This document shows, piece by piece, positions 47,706 through 58,299 of a DNA stretch of 64,000 bases. Source of the DNA: an uncultured Acidobacteriota bacterium (GTDB taxonomy: Bacteria > Acidobacteriota > Thermoanaerobaculia > Multivoradales > SZUA-115); contig CAWDVR010000004.1 in NCBI GenBank assembly GCA_963805975.1, positions 256,001-320,000 of the forward strand. Reading direction: 5' to 3'. Numbering within the stretch: position 1 is the first letter of the stretch; each line of letters opens with the position of its first letter. The notes beneath the pieces are model-generated. The model did no database searches. It had not been told where the DNA came from and worked only from the letters and a program-made list of their open reading frames with translations. A program made the translations under genes and the position numbers.

Positions 47706-48269
47706 ATGGCTGTGCTCGAATCCATAGAACGCCGGCGCTTCAGCGTCGAGGAAGTCGAGCGGATGCTCGAAGCCGGGATCCTCTTGGAGGACGAGTCCGT
47801 CGAGCTCCTGGAGGGAGATCTCGTCGTCATGTCGCCCCAGAACCCGCAGCATGCGACCGGAACCGAGACCATTGCCCGGCTGCTCGAAGAGGTGTACGGA
47901 GCTACGGTGCATGCCCGGCGCCATTCGCCAATCTTTGCGGCGAACGACAGCCTGCCGGAGCCTGATGTCGCCATCTATCGGGGCCAACCGAGGGACTATC
48001 GGGATCGACATCCCACGGGGAAGGAGGCTCTCCTGATCGTAGAGATCTCTTCCTCGTCGCGAAGGATCGATCGCCACAAGGCGACGATCTACGCCAAGGC
48101 GGGGGTGCCGACGTACTGGTTGTTGGACCTCGTTGCCGTGCGCCTGGAGGTCCGTTCCGGGCCGCAGGCGGACGGCCTCTACGAGCTGACGCGAGTCCTC
48201 GGGAGGAACGACGAGGTCGAGGTGCCCGGAACCGAGGCCAAGCTCAGCGTGGCCTCCTTGCTTCCGTAG
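47706..48269 (+). CDS. Uma2 (DUF820) family PD-(D/E)xK endonuclease
   Basis: VELLEG.LV.MSP...H, PEPDVAI, IVEIS.SS..ID..K..IYA.AGVP.YW. Confidence 0.88.
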   Translation: MAVLESIERRRFSVEEVERMLEAGILLEDESVELLEGDLVVMSPQNPQHATGTETIARLLEEVYGATVHARRHSPIFAANDSLPEPDVAIYRGQPRDYRDRHPTGKEALLIVEISSSSRRIDRHKATIYAKAGVPTYWLLDLVAVRLEVRSGPQADGLYELTRVLGRNDEVEVPGTEAKLSVASLLP

Positions 48270-48273
48270 CGGG

Positions 48274-48669
48274 TCAGCCCAGAAGCTTCACTTCGAGCGG
48301 CGTGGCGAGAGTGCCCGCTGCGCCGGCGAGCTGCCGGTCGAAGGTGGCGAACCGATCCGCCGGTCCGCTGGACGCCAGGTGGAGGGCATCGGCGAAATCG
48401 AGCCCGGTTGAGAACAAGCGCAGGGCACGCACGACCGCAGTACGATCCTCGATCTCGATGCGGCGGTTTCCCAGCAAGCTGCGAAGGGCATTCGCAATCG
48501 TTTCGACCGAGAGCTGGTACGAATAGCGCAGCACCCACTCCAGCTCCAGCAGCACGGTCTTCGAGAGCCAGAGCCGGTCGGACTCCATGAGCTCGACCGC
48601 CTGTGTTGCCTGCTGCGGATCGTCGAGCGTGATCACCCGGACGAGGACGTTGGTGTCGAGAGCAATCAC
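48274..48669 (-). CDS. vapC: Type II TA toxin, VapC/PIN domain
   Basis: IALDTNVLVR, VLLELEWVL, DFADALH, TFDRQL. Confidence 0.9.
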   Translation of the reverse strand: MIALDTNVLVRVITLDDPQQATQAVELMESDRLWLSKTVLLELEWVLRYSYQLSVETIANALRSLLGNRRIEIEDRTAVVRALRLFSTGLDFADALHLASSGPADRFATFDRQLAGAAGTLATPLEVKLLG

Positions 48670-48917
48670 CGGCTCTCGCGGGCACCGCGAGCGATGGCGG
48701 CTTCCATGTCCTCGAGGCTCCGGCGTGGCCCGGTGTAGCCGGCACTGCCCAGGAGGTCGCGCACCGTGGTCTCGGGAAACTCGTCTTCGGCCAACCGGAT
48801 CACCAACTGTCCACCCTGCTCCTGGATGCTCAGCTCGCTTCCCGGACCCCAACCCAGATGATCGCGTAGATCCTTGGGGATGATGAGCTGGCCCTTGGTG
48901 GAGAGTCGTGTGGTCAT
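48666..48917 (-). CDS. AbrB/MazE-type antitoxin
   Basis: LSTKGQLIIPKDLR..LG..PG..L; overlaps the toxin start. Confidence 0.9.
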   Translation of the reverse strand: MTTRLSTKGQLIIPKDLRDHLGWGPGSELSIQEQGGQLVIRLAEDEFPETTVRDLLGSAGYTGPRRSLEDMEAAIARGARESR

Positions 48918-48985
48918 GGCACAGAGCCTGTAAGACCGAGGTAAGTCACGCTACGCCAGATTTTGGCTCAAGTCAACCGCGAGCC

Positions 48986-51007
48986 TCAGCTCCCTGCGAG
49001 CATCCCTTTCACCCGCCCCACCACCGCCTCCACCGTGTAGCCGAAGTGCTTCGCGAGGTCCTTGTACGGGGCCGAAGCGCCGAAGGTCTCCTGGCCCAGC
49101 ACCTCGCCCGAGTCGCCCACGTACTTGTGCCAGCCGATCGGGGTGGCGGCCTCGACCGCCAGCCGGTGGCGCACGGAGGGGGGCAGCACGGTCTCGCGAT
49201 AGGTCTGGTCCTGGGCGTCGAAGAGCTGCCAGGAGGGGAAGCTCACCACCCGGGCGTGGATACCTTCGACCGCGAGCGCCTTCTGCGCGTCGAGCACCAG
49301 GCTCACCTCCGAGCCGCTCGCGATCAGGATCACCTGCGGCTCCCCGCCCGCGGCCTCGGAGAGCACGTAGGCGCCGCGGGGCACGCCTTCGCGGATGCGC
49401 TCGGCGTCGCCCAGGATGGGCAGCTTCTGTCGGGTGAGCGCCAGCGCCGTCGGCCCCTCGCGGTTCTCGATCGCCACCTTCCAGGCCGCGACGGTCTCGT
49501 TGGCGTCCGCCGGCCGCAGCACGGTCAGGTGCGGGATCGAGCGCAGGGACAGGAGCTGGGACACCGGCTGGTGGGTGGGCCCGTCCTCGCCCAGGAAGAT
49601 CGAGTCGTGGGTGAAGACGTAGACCACCGGCAGCTCCATCAGCGCCGCCAGGCGGATCGCCGGCCGCATGTAGTCCGAGAAGATGAGGAAGGTGCCGCCG
49701 TACGGGCGCAGCAGGCCGGAGAGCGCCATGCCGTTCAACGCCGACCCCATGGCGTGCTCGCGCACCCCGAAGTGGAAGTTGCGCCCTCCGGGCTCGGTGG
49801 CGGAGAAGGCCGGCTCGCCCTTGAGCATCGTGTTGTTCGACGGCGCCAGGTCCGCCGACCCGCCCACCAGCTCCGGGAGCTTCTTGGCGAGCGCGTTGAG
49901 CGCCGCACCGGAGGCCTGGCGGGTGGCCATCTCGCCGTCCTCGGGGCGGAACGCCGGCAGGTCCGCGTCCCAGCCGGGCGGCAGCTCGCCCCTGCGCCGT
50001 ACCGCAAGCTCGGCGCCGGCCTCGGGGTGCTCGCGCGCGAAGCGGTCGAGCTTCGCCTGCCACTCGCGCCGCGCTTCCGCGCCCCGCGCCGCGGCCTCGC
50101 GGAACGGGGCCAGCGCTTCCTCCGGCACCAGGAACGCCGGCTCGAGCGGCCAGCCGAGGTTCTTCTTGGTGGCCTCGACCTCGGAGCCGCCCAGCGGCTC
50201 GCCGTGGGCGGAGGCCGTGTCCTGCTTCTTGGGGCTGCCGTAGCCGATGTGAGTGCGCACCGCCACCAGGGTCGGCCGCTCGTTCTCGGCTTCCGCGGCC
50301 TCGAACGCCCCGGTCAACGACGCGAGATCGTTGCCGTCCCGTACCCTCAGCACGTTCCAGCCGTAGGACTCGTAGCGCTGGCAAACCTCGTCGGAAAAAG
50401 CGAGCTCGGTCGAGCCGTCGATGGTGATGTGGTTGTCGTCGTAGAACACCTTGAGTGGCGCCAGCCGCAGGTGGCCGGCGAGCGAGCTCGCTTCGGAGGC
50501 GACACCCTCCATCAGGTCCCCGTCGCTCACGAAGACCCAGATGCGATGCCCGAAGATCGGCAGGCCCGGCCGGTTGAAGCGCGTGGCGAGGAGCCGCTGG
50601 GCGATCGCCATGCCGACGGCGTTGCCCAGGCCCTGGCCCAGGGGACCGGTCGTGGTCTCGACGCCCTCCGTCAGCCCGTGCTCGGGATGCCCGGGCGTCT
50701 TCGAGCCGAGCTGGCGGAAGCGCTGCAGCTCCTCGACTGGAAGGTCGTAGCCGGAGAGGTGGAGCAGGGCGTAGAGCAGGGCCGAGGCATGGCCGCAGGA
50801 GAGCACGAAGCGGTCGCGGTCCGGCCACGCCGGGTCCGCCGGGTCGTGGCGCAGGAAGCGCGTCCAGAGGAGATAGGCCATCGGCGCCTGCCCGAGCGGC
50901 GCGCCCGGATGGCCGCTCGCCGCCTTCTCCACCATGTCCACGGCCAGGAAACGGATGGTATTGATGGCGAGCTGGTCGAGGTCGGGCTTGTTCGCGGCCG
51001 TCGTCAC
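48986..51007 (-). CDS. tkt: Transketolase
   Basis: [49 protein letters not shown]. Confidence 0.97.
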   Translation of the reverse strand: MTTAANKPDLDQLAINTIRFLAVDMVEKAASGHPGAPLGQAPMAYLLWTRFLRHDPADPAWPDRDRFVLSCGHASALLYALLHLSGYDLPVEELQRFRQLGSKTPGHPEHGLTEGVETTTGPLGQGLGNAVGMAIAQRLLATRFNRPGLPIFGHRIWVFVSDGDLMEGVASEASSLAGHLRLAPLKVFYDDNHITIDGSTELAFSDEVCQRYESYGWNVLRVRDGNDLASLTGAFEAAEAENERPTLVAVRTHIGYGSPKKQDTASAHGEPLGGSEVEATKKNLGWPLEPAFLVPEEALAPFREAAARGAEARREWQAKLDRFAREHPEAGAELAVRRRGELPPGWDADLPAFRPEDGEMATRQASGAALNALAKKLPELVGGSADLAPSNNTMLKGEPAFSATEPGGRNFHFGVREHAMGSALNGMALSGLLRPYGGTFLIFSDYMRPAIRLAALMELPVVYVFTHDSIFLGEDGPTHQPVSQLLSLRSIPHLTVLRPADANETVAAWKVAIENREGPTALALTRQKLPILGDAERIREGVPRGAYVLSEAAGGEPQVILIASGSEVSLVLDAQKALAVEGIHARVVSFPSWQLFDAQDQTYRETVLPPSVRHRLAVEAATPIGWHKYVGDSGEVLGQETFGASAPYKDLAKHFGYTVEAVVGRVKGMLAGS

Positions 51008-51092
51008 GTTCGTCCTCCAAGGGCGACTTCCAGAGGCGGAAGAGCATAGCGGGTTGCCGCGACGAAGGCAGCTCTGCATGAGCCACTCTCTC

Positions 51093-51135
51093 TTGACAGT
51101 CAACGGCTCCTCGTTTACGGTTCCAAATTGGAACC
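51093..51135 (+). promoter_or_regulatory. Sigma70-type promoter with overlapping palindromic operator for the downstream TA operon
   Basis: TTGACA (51093) - 17 nt - TACGGT (51116); perfect IR GGTTCCAA-A-TTGGAACC at 51119-51135. Confidence 0.7.
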
Positions 51136-51148
51136 AAGGAGACTGCCG

Positions 51149-51388
51149 ATGGCGACAATCACTCTGAAGAGCCTTCCCGACGACCTGCACCGCCGGCTCA
51201 AGGAGAGCGCGGTACGACACCACCGGAGCCTGAACAGCGAGATCATCGCTGCCCTCGAGGACGCGGTCCGCAGCGAGCCACTCGATCCACGTGCTTTTCT
51301 CGAGCACGTACGGCGGCTGCGCCCCCAGGGCCACGAGAGCTTCACCCAGGAAGATTTCGACTCACAGAAGAGGGCGGGCCGGGCTTGA
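51149..51388 (+). CDS. FitA/Arc-like ribbon-helix-helix antitoxin
   Basis: [30 protein letters not shown]. Confidence 0.88.
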   Translation: MATITLKSLPDDLHRRLKESAVRHHRSLNSEIIAALEDAVRSEPLDPRAFLEHVRRLRPQGHESFTQEDFDSQKRAGRA

Positions 51389-51789
51389 TCGTGGTCGATG
51401 CCAACGTCATCGCCTACCTCGTGCTCGGGGGAGCCCAGGCGACGGCGGCGGAGGACGTGCTGCTGGCGGACCACGAGTGGCACGCACCGCTCCTGTGGCG
51501 CTCGGAGCTGCGGAGCATCGTGACCGGCTTCCTGCGGCGAGGTGTGCTGAGCCAGGACCGCAGTGTCGAGATCGTGTCAGCTGCCGAGGTCTTGTTCTTT
51601 CGCCGGGAGCACCTCGTGCCGTCACCGGATATCTTGCGGCTGGTCGCTGGTTCGAAGTGCTCGGCCTACGACTGCGAGTACGTCGCCCTCGCCGAGCAGC
51701 TCGAGGTGCCCTTGGTGACCGAGGACAGGGAGGTTCTGGCGGCCTTTCCGCAGGCAGCCCTCTCCATGCGAGCCTTTCTTGGTCTTTGA
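51385..51789 (+). CDS. vapC: Type II TA toxin, VapC/PIN domain
   Basis: [26 protein letters not shown]. Confidence 0.9.
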   Translation: MIVVDANVIAYLVLGGAQATAAEDVLLADHEWHAPLLWRSELRSIVTGFLRRGVLSQDRSVEIVSAAEVLFFRREHLVPSPDILRLVAGSKCSAYDCEYVALAEQLEVPLVTEDREVLAAFPQAALSMRAFLGL

Positions 51790-51815
51790 CTCCCGCCCGC
51801 CGCCGCCCGTACAAT
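51786..51815 (+). promoter_or_regulatory. Sigma70-type promoter for tRNA-Ser(GCU)-glnS
   Basis: TTGACT - 18 nt - TACAAT followed by a C-rich discriminator. Confidence 0.7.
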
Positions 51816-51849
51816 CCCCCCTTCACGGCCGTTCGGCCAGCCTTTTCGC

Positions 51850-51944
<95 letters not shown>

Positions 51945-51966
51945 CTCTCTTTTCCCTGAGGATGCC

Positions 51967-53984
51967 TTGAGCGACTCGACGACCAACTCCCCCGGGAAGG
52001 ACTTCATCCGGGAGATGATCGACCGCGACCGCGCCGCCGGCAAGTACGGCGGCCGGGTGGTGACGCGCTTCCCACCCGAGCCCAACGGCTACCCGCATAT
52101 CGGCCATGCCAAGTCCGTCTGTCTGAACTTCGGCCTCGCCCGCGACTACGGCGGCGTCTGCCATCTCCGGATGGACGACACCAACCCCGCGACCGAGAGA
52201 CCCGGAGTACGTCGAGGCCCTCCAGCGCGACATCCGCTGGCTGGGCTTCGACTGGGGCCAGAAGTTGTTTTTTGCCTCGGACTACTTCGAGCAGCTCTAC
52301 GACTTCGCCGTCGAGCTGTCCGCCGCGGCAAGGCGTACGTCTGCAGCCTCTCCGACGACGAGATCCGCGACTACCGCGGGCACGGTCACCGAGCCCGGCC
52401 GGCTCTCGCCCTTCGCCGGTCGCTCGGTGGAGGAGAACCTCGACCTCTTCGCCCGCATGCGGGCCGGCGAGTTCGCGGACGGCACGCACGTGCTGCGGGC
52501 GCGGATCGACATGACCTCGCCCAACATGAAGATGCGCGACCCGCTGCTCTACCGCATCCGGCGGGCCACCCACTACCACCGCGGCGACGCCTGGTGCATC
52601 TACCCGTTCTACGACTTCGCGCACTGCCTGTCGGACGCCATCGAGGGCATCACCCACTCGCTCTGCACCCTCGAGTTCGAGAACAACCGCGAGCTCTACG
52701 ACTGGATCCTGATCGCGCTCGAGATCCCCGAGCGGCCCGAGCAGACCGAGTTCGCCCGCCTGAACCTCACCTACACCGTGCTCTCGAAGCGGAAGCTCCT
52801 GGAGCTGGTGGAGCGCAAGCTGGTCGCCGGCTGGGACGATCCGCGCATGCCCACCCTCTCCGGCCTGCGCCGCCGCGGCTTTACACCACGAGGCGATCCG
52901 CGACTTCTGCGACAAGATCGGCGTCGCCAAGGCCAACAGCACGGTGGACGTGGCGCTCCTCGAGCACTGCCTGCGCGACGACCTGAACCCGCAGGTGCCG
53001 CGCGTGATGTGCGTGCTGCGGCCGCTCAGGGTGGTGATCGAGAACTACCCGGAGGGCGAGACCGAGGAGCTGGAGGCGCCGCTCTACCCGCACGACGTGC
53101 CCAGGGAGGGCTCGCGTCAGGTGCCGTTCGCGCGCGTGCTCTACGTGGAGCGTGACGATTTTGCGGAGAACCCGCCCAAGGGCTTCCACCGCCTCACCCC
53201 CGGCCGCGAGGTGCGGCTGCGCTACGGCTACCTGGTGCGCTGCGAGCGGGCGGTGAAGGACGCGAACGGCGACGTGGTGGAGATCGTCTGCACCTACGAC
53301 CCGGAGACGCGCGGCGGTGCCGCGCCGGACGGCCGCAAGGTGCCGGGCACCATCCACTGGGTGTCGGCCGAGCACTCGCTGCCCGTCGAGGTGCGCCTCT
53401 ACGACCGGCTGTTCTCGGTCGAGCGGCCCGACCTCGCCGAGGGCGGGTTCGAGCAGACGCTCAACCCGGCCTCACTCGAAACCCTCACCGACGCCCGCAT
53501 CGAGCCGGCCGCCGGTGGTGGCGCGCTGGGCGAGCGGCTGCAGTTCGAGCGCCAGGGTTACTTTTTCCTCGATCCCCAGAGCTTCGACGGCAGGCCGGTC
53601 TACAACCGCATCGTGCCGCTCCGCGACTCATGGGCCAAGGAGATCGAGAAGCAGGCTCTGGCGGCGGCGCCCCTTGCCGAGAGGCGTGCCGCTCGCGCCG
53701 CTGTACCGGTGGAGCCCAAGGTCGCCGAGCCCCTGTCCCTGGAAGAGGAGGAGGAGCTCGCCCGGGTACTGCCGGCTCTGGAGCCCGTCGTCCGCGGCTT
53801 GCTCGCGGCTCACCCGGCGGAGGTCGAGCGCTACCGGGCCGGCAGGACGGGGCTCCTCGGTTTCTTCGTGGCACAGGTGATGAAGGCCGCCGCGGGCAAG
53901 GCCAACCCGCGGCTGGTCAACGAGATCCTGACTCGGGAGCTGGGCGCAGCCAGGCCGGCAACCGGCCCCGCGCCGGCTGGCTGA
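51967..53984 (+). pseudogene. glnS: Glutamine--tRNA ligase with C-terminal YqeY/GatB-like domain, several apparent frameshifts (probably sequencing errors)
   Basis: [66 protein letters not shown]; frame breaks near 52198, 52319, 52379 and 52880. Confidence 0.88.
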
Positions 53985-54030
53985 CGAGCCTCGAGCCCGC
54001 TCCCGGGCGCAACTCCGGACTTCCCTCCCC

Positions 54031-54624
54031 CTACGGTGTGCGGTTGATCCGTGACTGGATCGGGTCCGTCGTCACCGAACAGGCCCCGTCGCTGCTGAAC
54101 GCCACGTAGGAGCCGGCCGGGAAGACGTCGACCCCGTGGAGATAGGTGCATTCCACGTAGGCGTCGATGTGCCGCGGCCGCTGCACAGTACCGCCGTAGT
54201 TGTAGACCCGGCCGGGGACGCTCCACTGGATCGCGCCTCCCGGCGAGGTCGTCACCGCGGTGTTGGGCGCCTTGTCCCAGTTCTTTCCCTTGAGCTCCCA
54301 GTGATCGCCCGCGATGCAGCAGTCGGAGATGTGGAAGTCGAGAAAGCTGGCGTTGTTGCACTGGATGCGGAAGCCCTGGACCTGGCCAGGTCCCTGCAGA
54401 CTGCAAACGTGGCCCTGCTTCCAGGTCGCCCTGGGGTCGAACGGGGGAGGCGGAGACGGGATTGGGACTACGGCTTTTGCGTCGGCCAGGCCCTGGCTGA
54501 TGGTGTTGCTCGCGACCGCGGCAGCGGCCTTCTCGTCGGCCTGCGCAGCCGCCTGCGGTGCGGCGGTGCTGACCAGGATGACGGCAAGGGCCACCGCCAG
54601 AGTGAGGATGGATTTCGGGCTCAT
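54031..54624 (-). CDS. Secreted Cys-containing hypothetical protein
   Basis: AGGAG RBS, signal peptide, six Cys including DCC. Confidence 0.65.
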   Translation of the reverse strand: MSPKSILTLAVALAVILVSTAAPQAAAQADEKAAAAVASNTISQGLADAKAVVPIPSPPPPFDPRATWKQGHVCSLQGPGQVQGFRIQCNNASFLDFHISDCCIAGDHWELKGKNWDKAPNTAVTTSPGGAIQWSVPGRVYNYGGTVQRPRHIDAYVECTYLHGVDVFPAGSYVAFSSDGACSVTTDPIQSRINRTP

Positions 54625-54816
54625 CTCGAACGCTCCTTTTCAGACGTTTGGTTCTTCGGCCCAAGACCTGCCCGGCGACACGCGTCAGCCCGGCAGATCC
54701 CAGAGCGTAGGAAACCGGTTTGTCTGTAGAACGTTCGAGAGATCGTGTTTCCCTCATTCTTGAAAGACTGATTCGACGGACCGGGAGCCGCAAGCCCTGT
54801 GATACCTTCCGCCGCC

Positions 54817-56277
54817 GTGACGACTCAGCTCCGCGGCCCGGTCCGCGTGCGTTTCGCGCCGTCGCCCACCGGCTTCCTGCACGTCGGCGGCGCGCGCACC
54901 GCGATCTACAACGACCTCCTGCGCCAGAATCTCGGCGGCTCTTTTACGCTGCGCATCGAGGATACCGACCGCGAGCGCTCCGACGAAGCGATGACCCGCC
55001 AGATCCAGGACGCGCTGGCCTGGATCGGCATCGAGTGGGACGAGGGGCCCTTCCTCCAGAGCGAGCGCCTGCCGCGCCACCGCGAGCGCGGCGAGGAGCT
55101 GCTCGCCGCCGGCAAGGCCTACCGCTGCTTCTGTACGCCGGCCGAGATCGACGCCCAGCGCGCGGCGATCGAAAAGGCCGGCGAGGCCTTTCGCTACCCG
55201 CGCACCTGCCTCGCGCTCGCGCCTGCCGAGATCGAGGCCAAGCTCGCGGCGGGCCTGCCGTTCGCGGTGCGCTTCCGCATGCCGGACGAGCCCATTTGCT
55301 TCCTGGACCTGCTGCGCGGCGACATGGAGTTCCTGCCCGCGGTGCTGGACGATTTCATCCTGCTGCGCTCGGACGGCTCGCCGACCTACCACATGTCCGT
55401 GGTCTGCGACGACATCGACATGGCGATCACCCACGTCATCCGCGGCGAGGACCATCTCTCGAACACCCCCAAGCACGTGCCGCTGTTCGTAGCGCTGGGC
55501 GGCACGGTGCCGCTCTTCGCCCACCTGCCGCTCATCCTGGGACCGGACAGAAAGCGCCTCTCGAAGCGCATCGGCTCGACCTCGGTCGAGGAGTTCCGCC
55601 ACGAGGGCATCCTGCCGCAGGCGCTCTACAACTACCTGGCGCTCCTCGGCTGGTCCCCCGGCGACGACCGCGAGCTGATGACCCGCCAGGAGATGATCGC
55701 GCTCTTCACCGCCGAGCGGCTCAACAAGTCGGCGGCGGTGTTCGACCGCGAGAAGCTGCTGTGGATGAACCAGCAATACATCATGAGTCAGCCGTGGCGG
55801 GAGCTGATGCCGCACCTCGAGCCGTTCCTGGAGGAGGTGGGCCTGGCGGGTGTGGACCGCGAGCGGCTAACGCAGGTGCTCGAGCTCTACCGCGTGCGCG
55901 GCCGTACGCTCCGCGAGCTGGTCGAGCCGCTGCCGCCCTACTTCGCGGCAGCGCTCGCCTACGACCGCGAAGCCTGCGCCAAGTGGCTCGCCGACCCCGC
56001 GCTGCCGGCGCGGCTCGAGGGCTTGGCGGACCGCTGGGCGGTGCTCGAGAGCTTCGACGCCCCTTCGCTCGACGGCGCCCTCCGCGCCGAGACCGAACGG
56101 CTGGGCGTCAAGGCCGCCGTGCTCATCCACCCGGTGCGCATGGCGCTGACCACCGCGACCGGAGGCCCTTCGCTCTTCGATCTCGTGGCCGTGACCGGCC
56201 GCGAGGCGACCGCCCGCCACCTCGCGCAGTTCGTCACCTTTCTGCGCGAGAACGCCGTAGCCCCGGCTGCGGGTTGA
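54817..56277 (+). CDS. gltX: Glutamate--tRNA ligase
   Basis: RFAPSPTGFLHVGG, RIEDTD, IRGEDH, RLSKR. Confidence 0.96.
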   Translation: MTTQLRGPVRVRFAPSPTGFLHVGGARTAIYNDLLRQNLGGSFTLRIEDTDRERSDEAMTRQIQDALAWIGIEWDEGPFLQSERLPRHRERGEELLAAGKAYRCFCTPAEIDAQRAAIEKAGEAFRYPRTCLALAPAEIEAKLAAGLPFAVRFRMPDEPICFLDLLRGDMEFLPAVLDDFILLRSDGSPTYHMSVVCDDIDMAITHVIRGEDHLSNTPKHVPLFVALGGTVPLFAHLPLILGPDRKRLSKRIGSTSVEEFRHEGILPQALYNYLALLGWSPGDDRELMTRQEMIALFTAERLNKSAAVFDREKLLWMNQQYIMSQPWRELMPHLEPFLEEVGLAGVDRERLTQVLELYRVRGRTLRELVEPLPPYFAAALAYDREACAKWLADPALPARLEGLADRWAVLESFDAPSLDGALRAETERLGVKAAVLIHPVRMALTTATGGPSLFDLVAVTGREATARHLAQFVTFLRENAVAPAAG

Positions 56278-56303
56278 CGCGCCGCCGGGGCATTCAGTAA
56301 CCT
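56274..56303 (+). promoter_or_regulatory. Sigma70-type promoter for tRNA-Gln
   Basis: TTGACG - 18 nt - TAACCT, 11 nt before the tRNA. Confidence 0.55.
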
Positions 56304-56314
56304 CCACCCCTTGC

Positions 56315-56388
56315 TGGGACGTCGTCTAATGGCAAGACATGCGGCTCTGGACCGCAGAATCGGGGTTCGAGTCCCTGCGTCCCAACCA
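56315..56388 (+). tRNA. tRNA-Gln (CUG)
   Basis: TGGGACG/CGTCCCA acceptor, anticodon CT-CTG-GA, GGTTCGAGTCC, CCA. Confidence 0.95.
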
Positions 56389-56607
56389 TCCCAGAGCTCC
56401 TGCCTGTAGCTCCCTCGACCTGTAGCGTTTCGCGGCGATCCTCTGCGAAGGCGGCGCGCGAATGCCTTCTCATGACGGCACGCCGCCCAGGGGCAGCACG
56501 CGGCCCGTGCCCCTACATCTGTAGGTTTCTCTTGGCCAGAAAGTCTCTCGAGGTTCGACCGATGGGCCGCAAAAAAGGGGCGGGCTTCGGGGTCCGGCTG
56601 CCGGGAG

Positions 56608-56877
56608 CTAGCGGCCGCGGGGGCCGCGTTCCTGGCGGGGCCGAGCCTCGTTGACCTTGAGCGTGCGGCCGCCCATGGGCGTGTCGTTCAGGGCGTCGAC
56701 CGCGGCGTCGGCCGCGGCATCGTCCATCTCGACGAACCCAAAGCCGCGCGGCTGACCGGTCTCGCGGTCGCTGATGAGGTTGACCGACTGCACGGCGCCG
56801 TACTCCTCGAACATCTGGCGCACCTCATCCTCGTTGGTTTTGAAAGGCAGGTTTCCGACGTAGATCCTCTTGGCCAT
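56608..56877 (-). CDS. RRM-domain RNA-binding protein
   Basis: IYVGNL (RNP2), RGFGFVEM (RNP1). Confidence 0.95.
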   Translation of the reverse strand: MAKRIYVGNLPFKTNEDEVRQMFEEYGAVQSVNLISDRETGQPRGFGFVEMDDAAADAAVDALNDTPMGGRTLKVNEARPRQERGPRGR

Positions 56878-57031
56878 ACTCTCGAGCTCCGCACCGCCCC
56901 TGAGGGCGCAACGTCAATCGACTCGCCGGCCGACAGCGGCCAGCCGCTTCGCAAACCCTATTGACAACCACTGACCTGTCAGGCCATGCAATATTGGTCG
57001 GAGAATAGCACAGGCCCCGGCGCGGACACTT

Positions 57032-58297
57032 TCAGGGACCGCAGGACGCCTGCCCGAGGAGCTTCTCGAGCGCGCGGCAGGCATCGACGATCTGGCCGCC
57101 GGCGTCCTGCCGGGCCTCGCCGTGGGTCCCCGCCGGCGCCGGGGCGGTCGCTTGCGCGGTGTCGCGGATCAAGGCCGCCACCTGGGCCGGCGTCAGGCCG
57201 GGCCGCCTTTCGAGCAACAGGGCGACGACACCCGAGACCTGCGCCGCGGCCATCGAGCTGCCGGTGAAAAAGTCGTAGGTGCCGCGTGGCATGGTGGTCA
57301 GGATGTCGACGCCCGGTGCGGCAAGGGCCTCGGCCGCGCCCGGCGTGGCGCGCAGGCTGCCGGACGGGCCGGACGAGCGCACCGCGATCACGCCGGGCAG
57401 GGAGGCCGGGAAGTCCTCACCGCCGGCGTCCGGGCTCGACGCCACCACCGCGACCCCCTGGTCCAGCGCCTTGGCGAGCAAGCGCGCAAGGAGCGGGTCC
57501 CGGGGGCCCGCGAGGCTCAGGTTGAGCACCTGCGCGCCCTCGCGCACGGCGAAGTCCACGGCCTGGGCCAGGGTGTAGCTGTTGCAGACCGCCTGGCGCG
57601 AGCCCGGAGGGTCCGGCCAGCAGGCCTTGAGCGCCAGCAGCTCGGCGTCGGGGGCCACGCCGACGATCCCCTGGCCGTTGTTGGCGTCGGCGGCGATCAC
57701 TCCGGCCACGGCCGTGCCGTGCACGTCGCCGGTGAATGCGCGCTCTCCCCAGGAGAGAAAGCTGCTGGCGCGCACCACCTTGCCGGCGAGGTCCGGGTGC
57801 GAGAGGTCGAGCCCGGTGTCGATGACCGCGATCTTCACTCCCTTGCCGGTCGCGAGCGCGTGCGCCTTGTCGAGCCGCAGCGAGGCCAGGCCGTACTGCA
57901 GCCGTGCGTAGGGATCGTTGTACCAGGCGGCCATGGAGTGGAAGACGTGGACCGGCTGCGCCAGCTCCACGCGGCGGTCGGACCGCAGCCGCTCCAAGAG
58001 CTCCGTGGTGCTGCGATCCCCGCGGTGCTCGTAGATGATGCAGTTCTCGCCCAGGCTGGGAAGCGGCCAGAAAAATACGGGCTTCAGGCCGTAGACGTCG
58101 GCCAGGTCCTGCATCACCCGCGACCACAGGCGCTCGGGGCCTGGGGGGAGGATCACCATCACCTGGCGCGAGAAGTCCGGTGCGACGTCCGGCGCCGAGG
58201 CGCTCGCGTCGGCGCTCGCGGGAGTGGCCGGCCGGATCGCGGAGCCGCACCCGAGCGCCAGGAGAGCCGCGACCCACGGGAGGAGCCTGCGGAGCAT
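57032..58297 (-). CDS. S8 (subtilisin-like) serine peptidase, lipoprotein
   Basis: Lipobox-like LALGC; catalytic VIDTG, HGT, GSSMAA; NLS; N-terminal prodomain. Confidence 0.9.
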   Translation of the reverse strand: MLRRLLPWVAALLALGCGSAIRPATPASADASASAPDVAPDFSRQVMVILPPGPERLWSRVMQDLADVYGLKPVFFWPLPSLGENCIIYEHRGDRSTTELLERLRSDRRVELAQPVHVFHSMAAWYNDPYARLQYGLASLRLDKAHALATGKGVKIAVIDTGLDLSHPDLAGKVVRASSFLSWGERAFTGDVHGTAVAGVIAADANNGQGIVGVAPDAELLALKACWPDPPGSRQAVCNSYTLAQAVDFAVREGAQVLNLSLAGPRDPLLARLLAKALDQGVAVVASSPDAGGEDFPASLPGVIAVRSSGPSGSLRATPGAAEALAAPGVDILTTMPRGTYDFFTGSSMAAAQVSGVVALLLERRPGLTPAQVAALIRDTAQATAPAPAGTHGEARQDAGGQIVDACRALEKLLGQASCGP

Positions 58298-58299
58298 CG

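Noticed and set aside
47663-48985. Prophage or integrative element at tRNA-Ser(UGA)
   Set aside because: No integrase, no phage genes and no duplicated tRNA 3' end were found.
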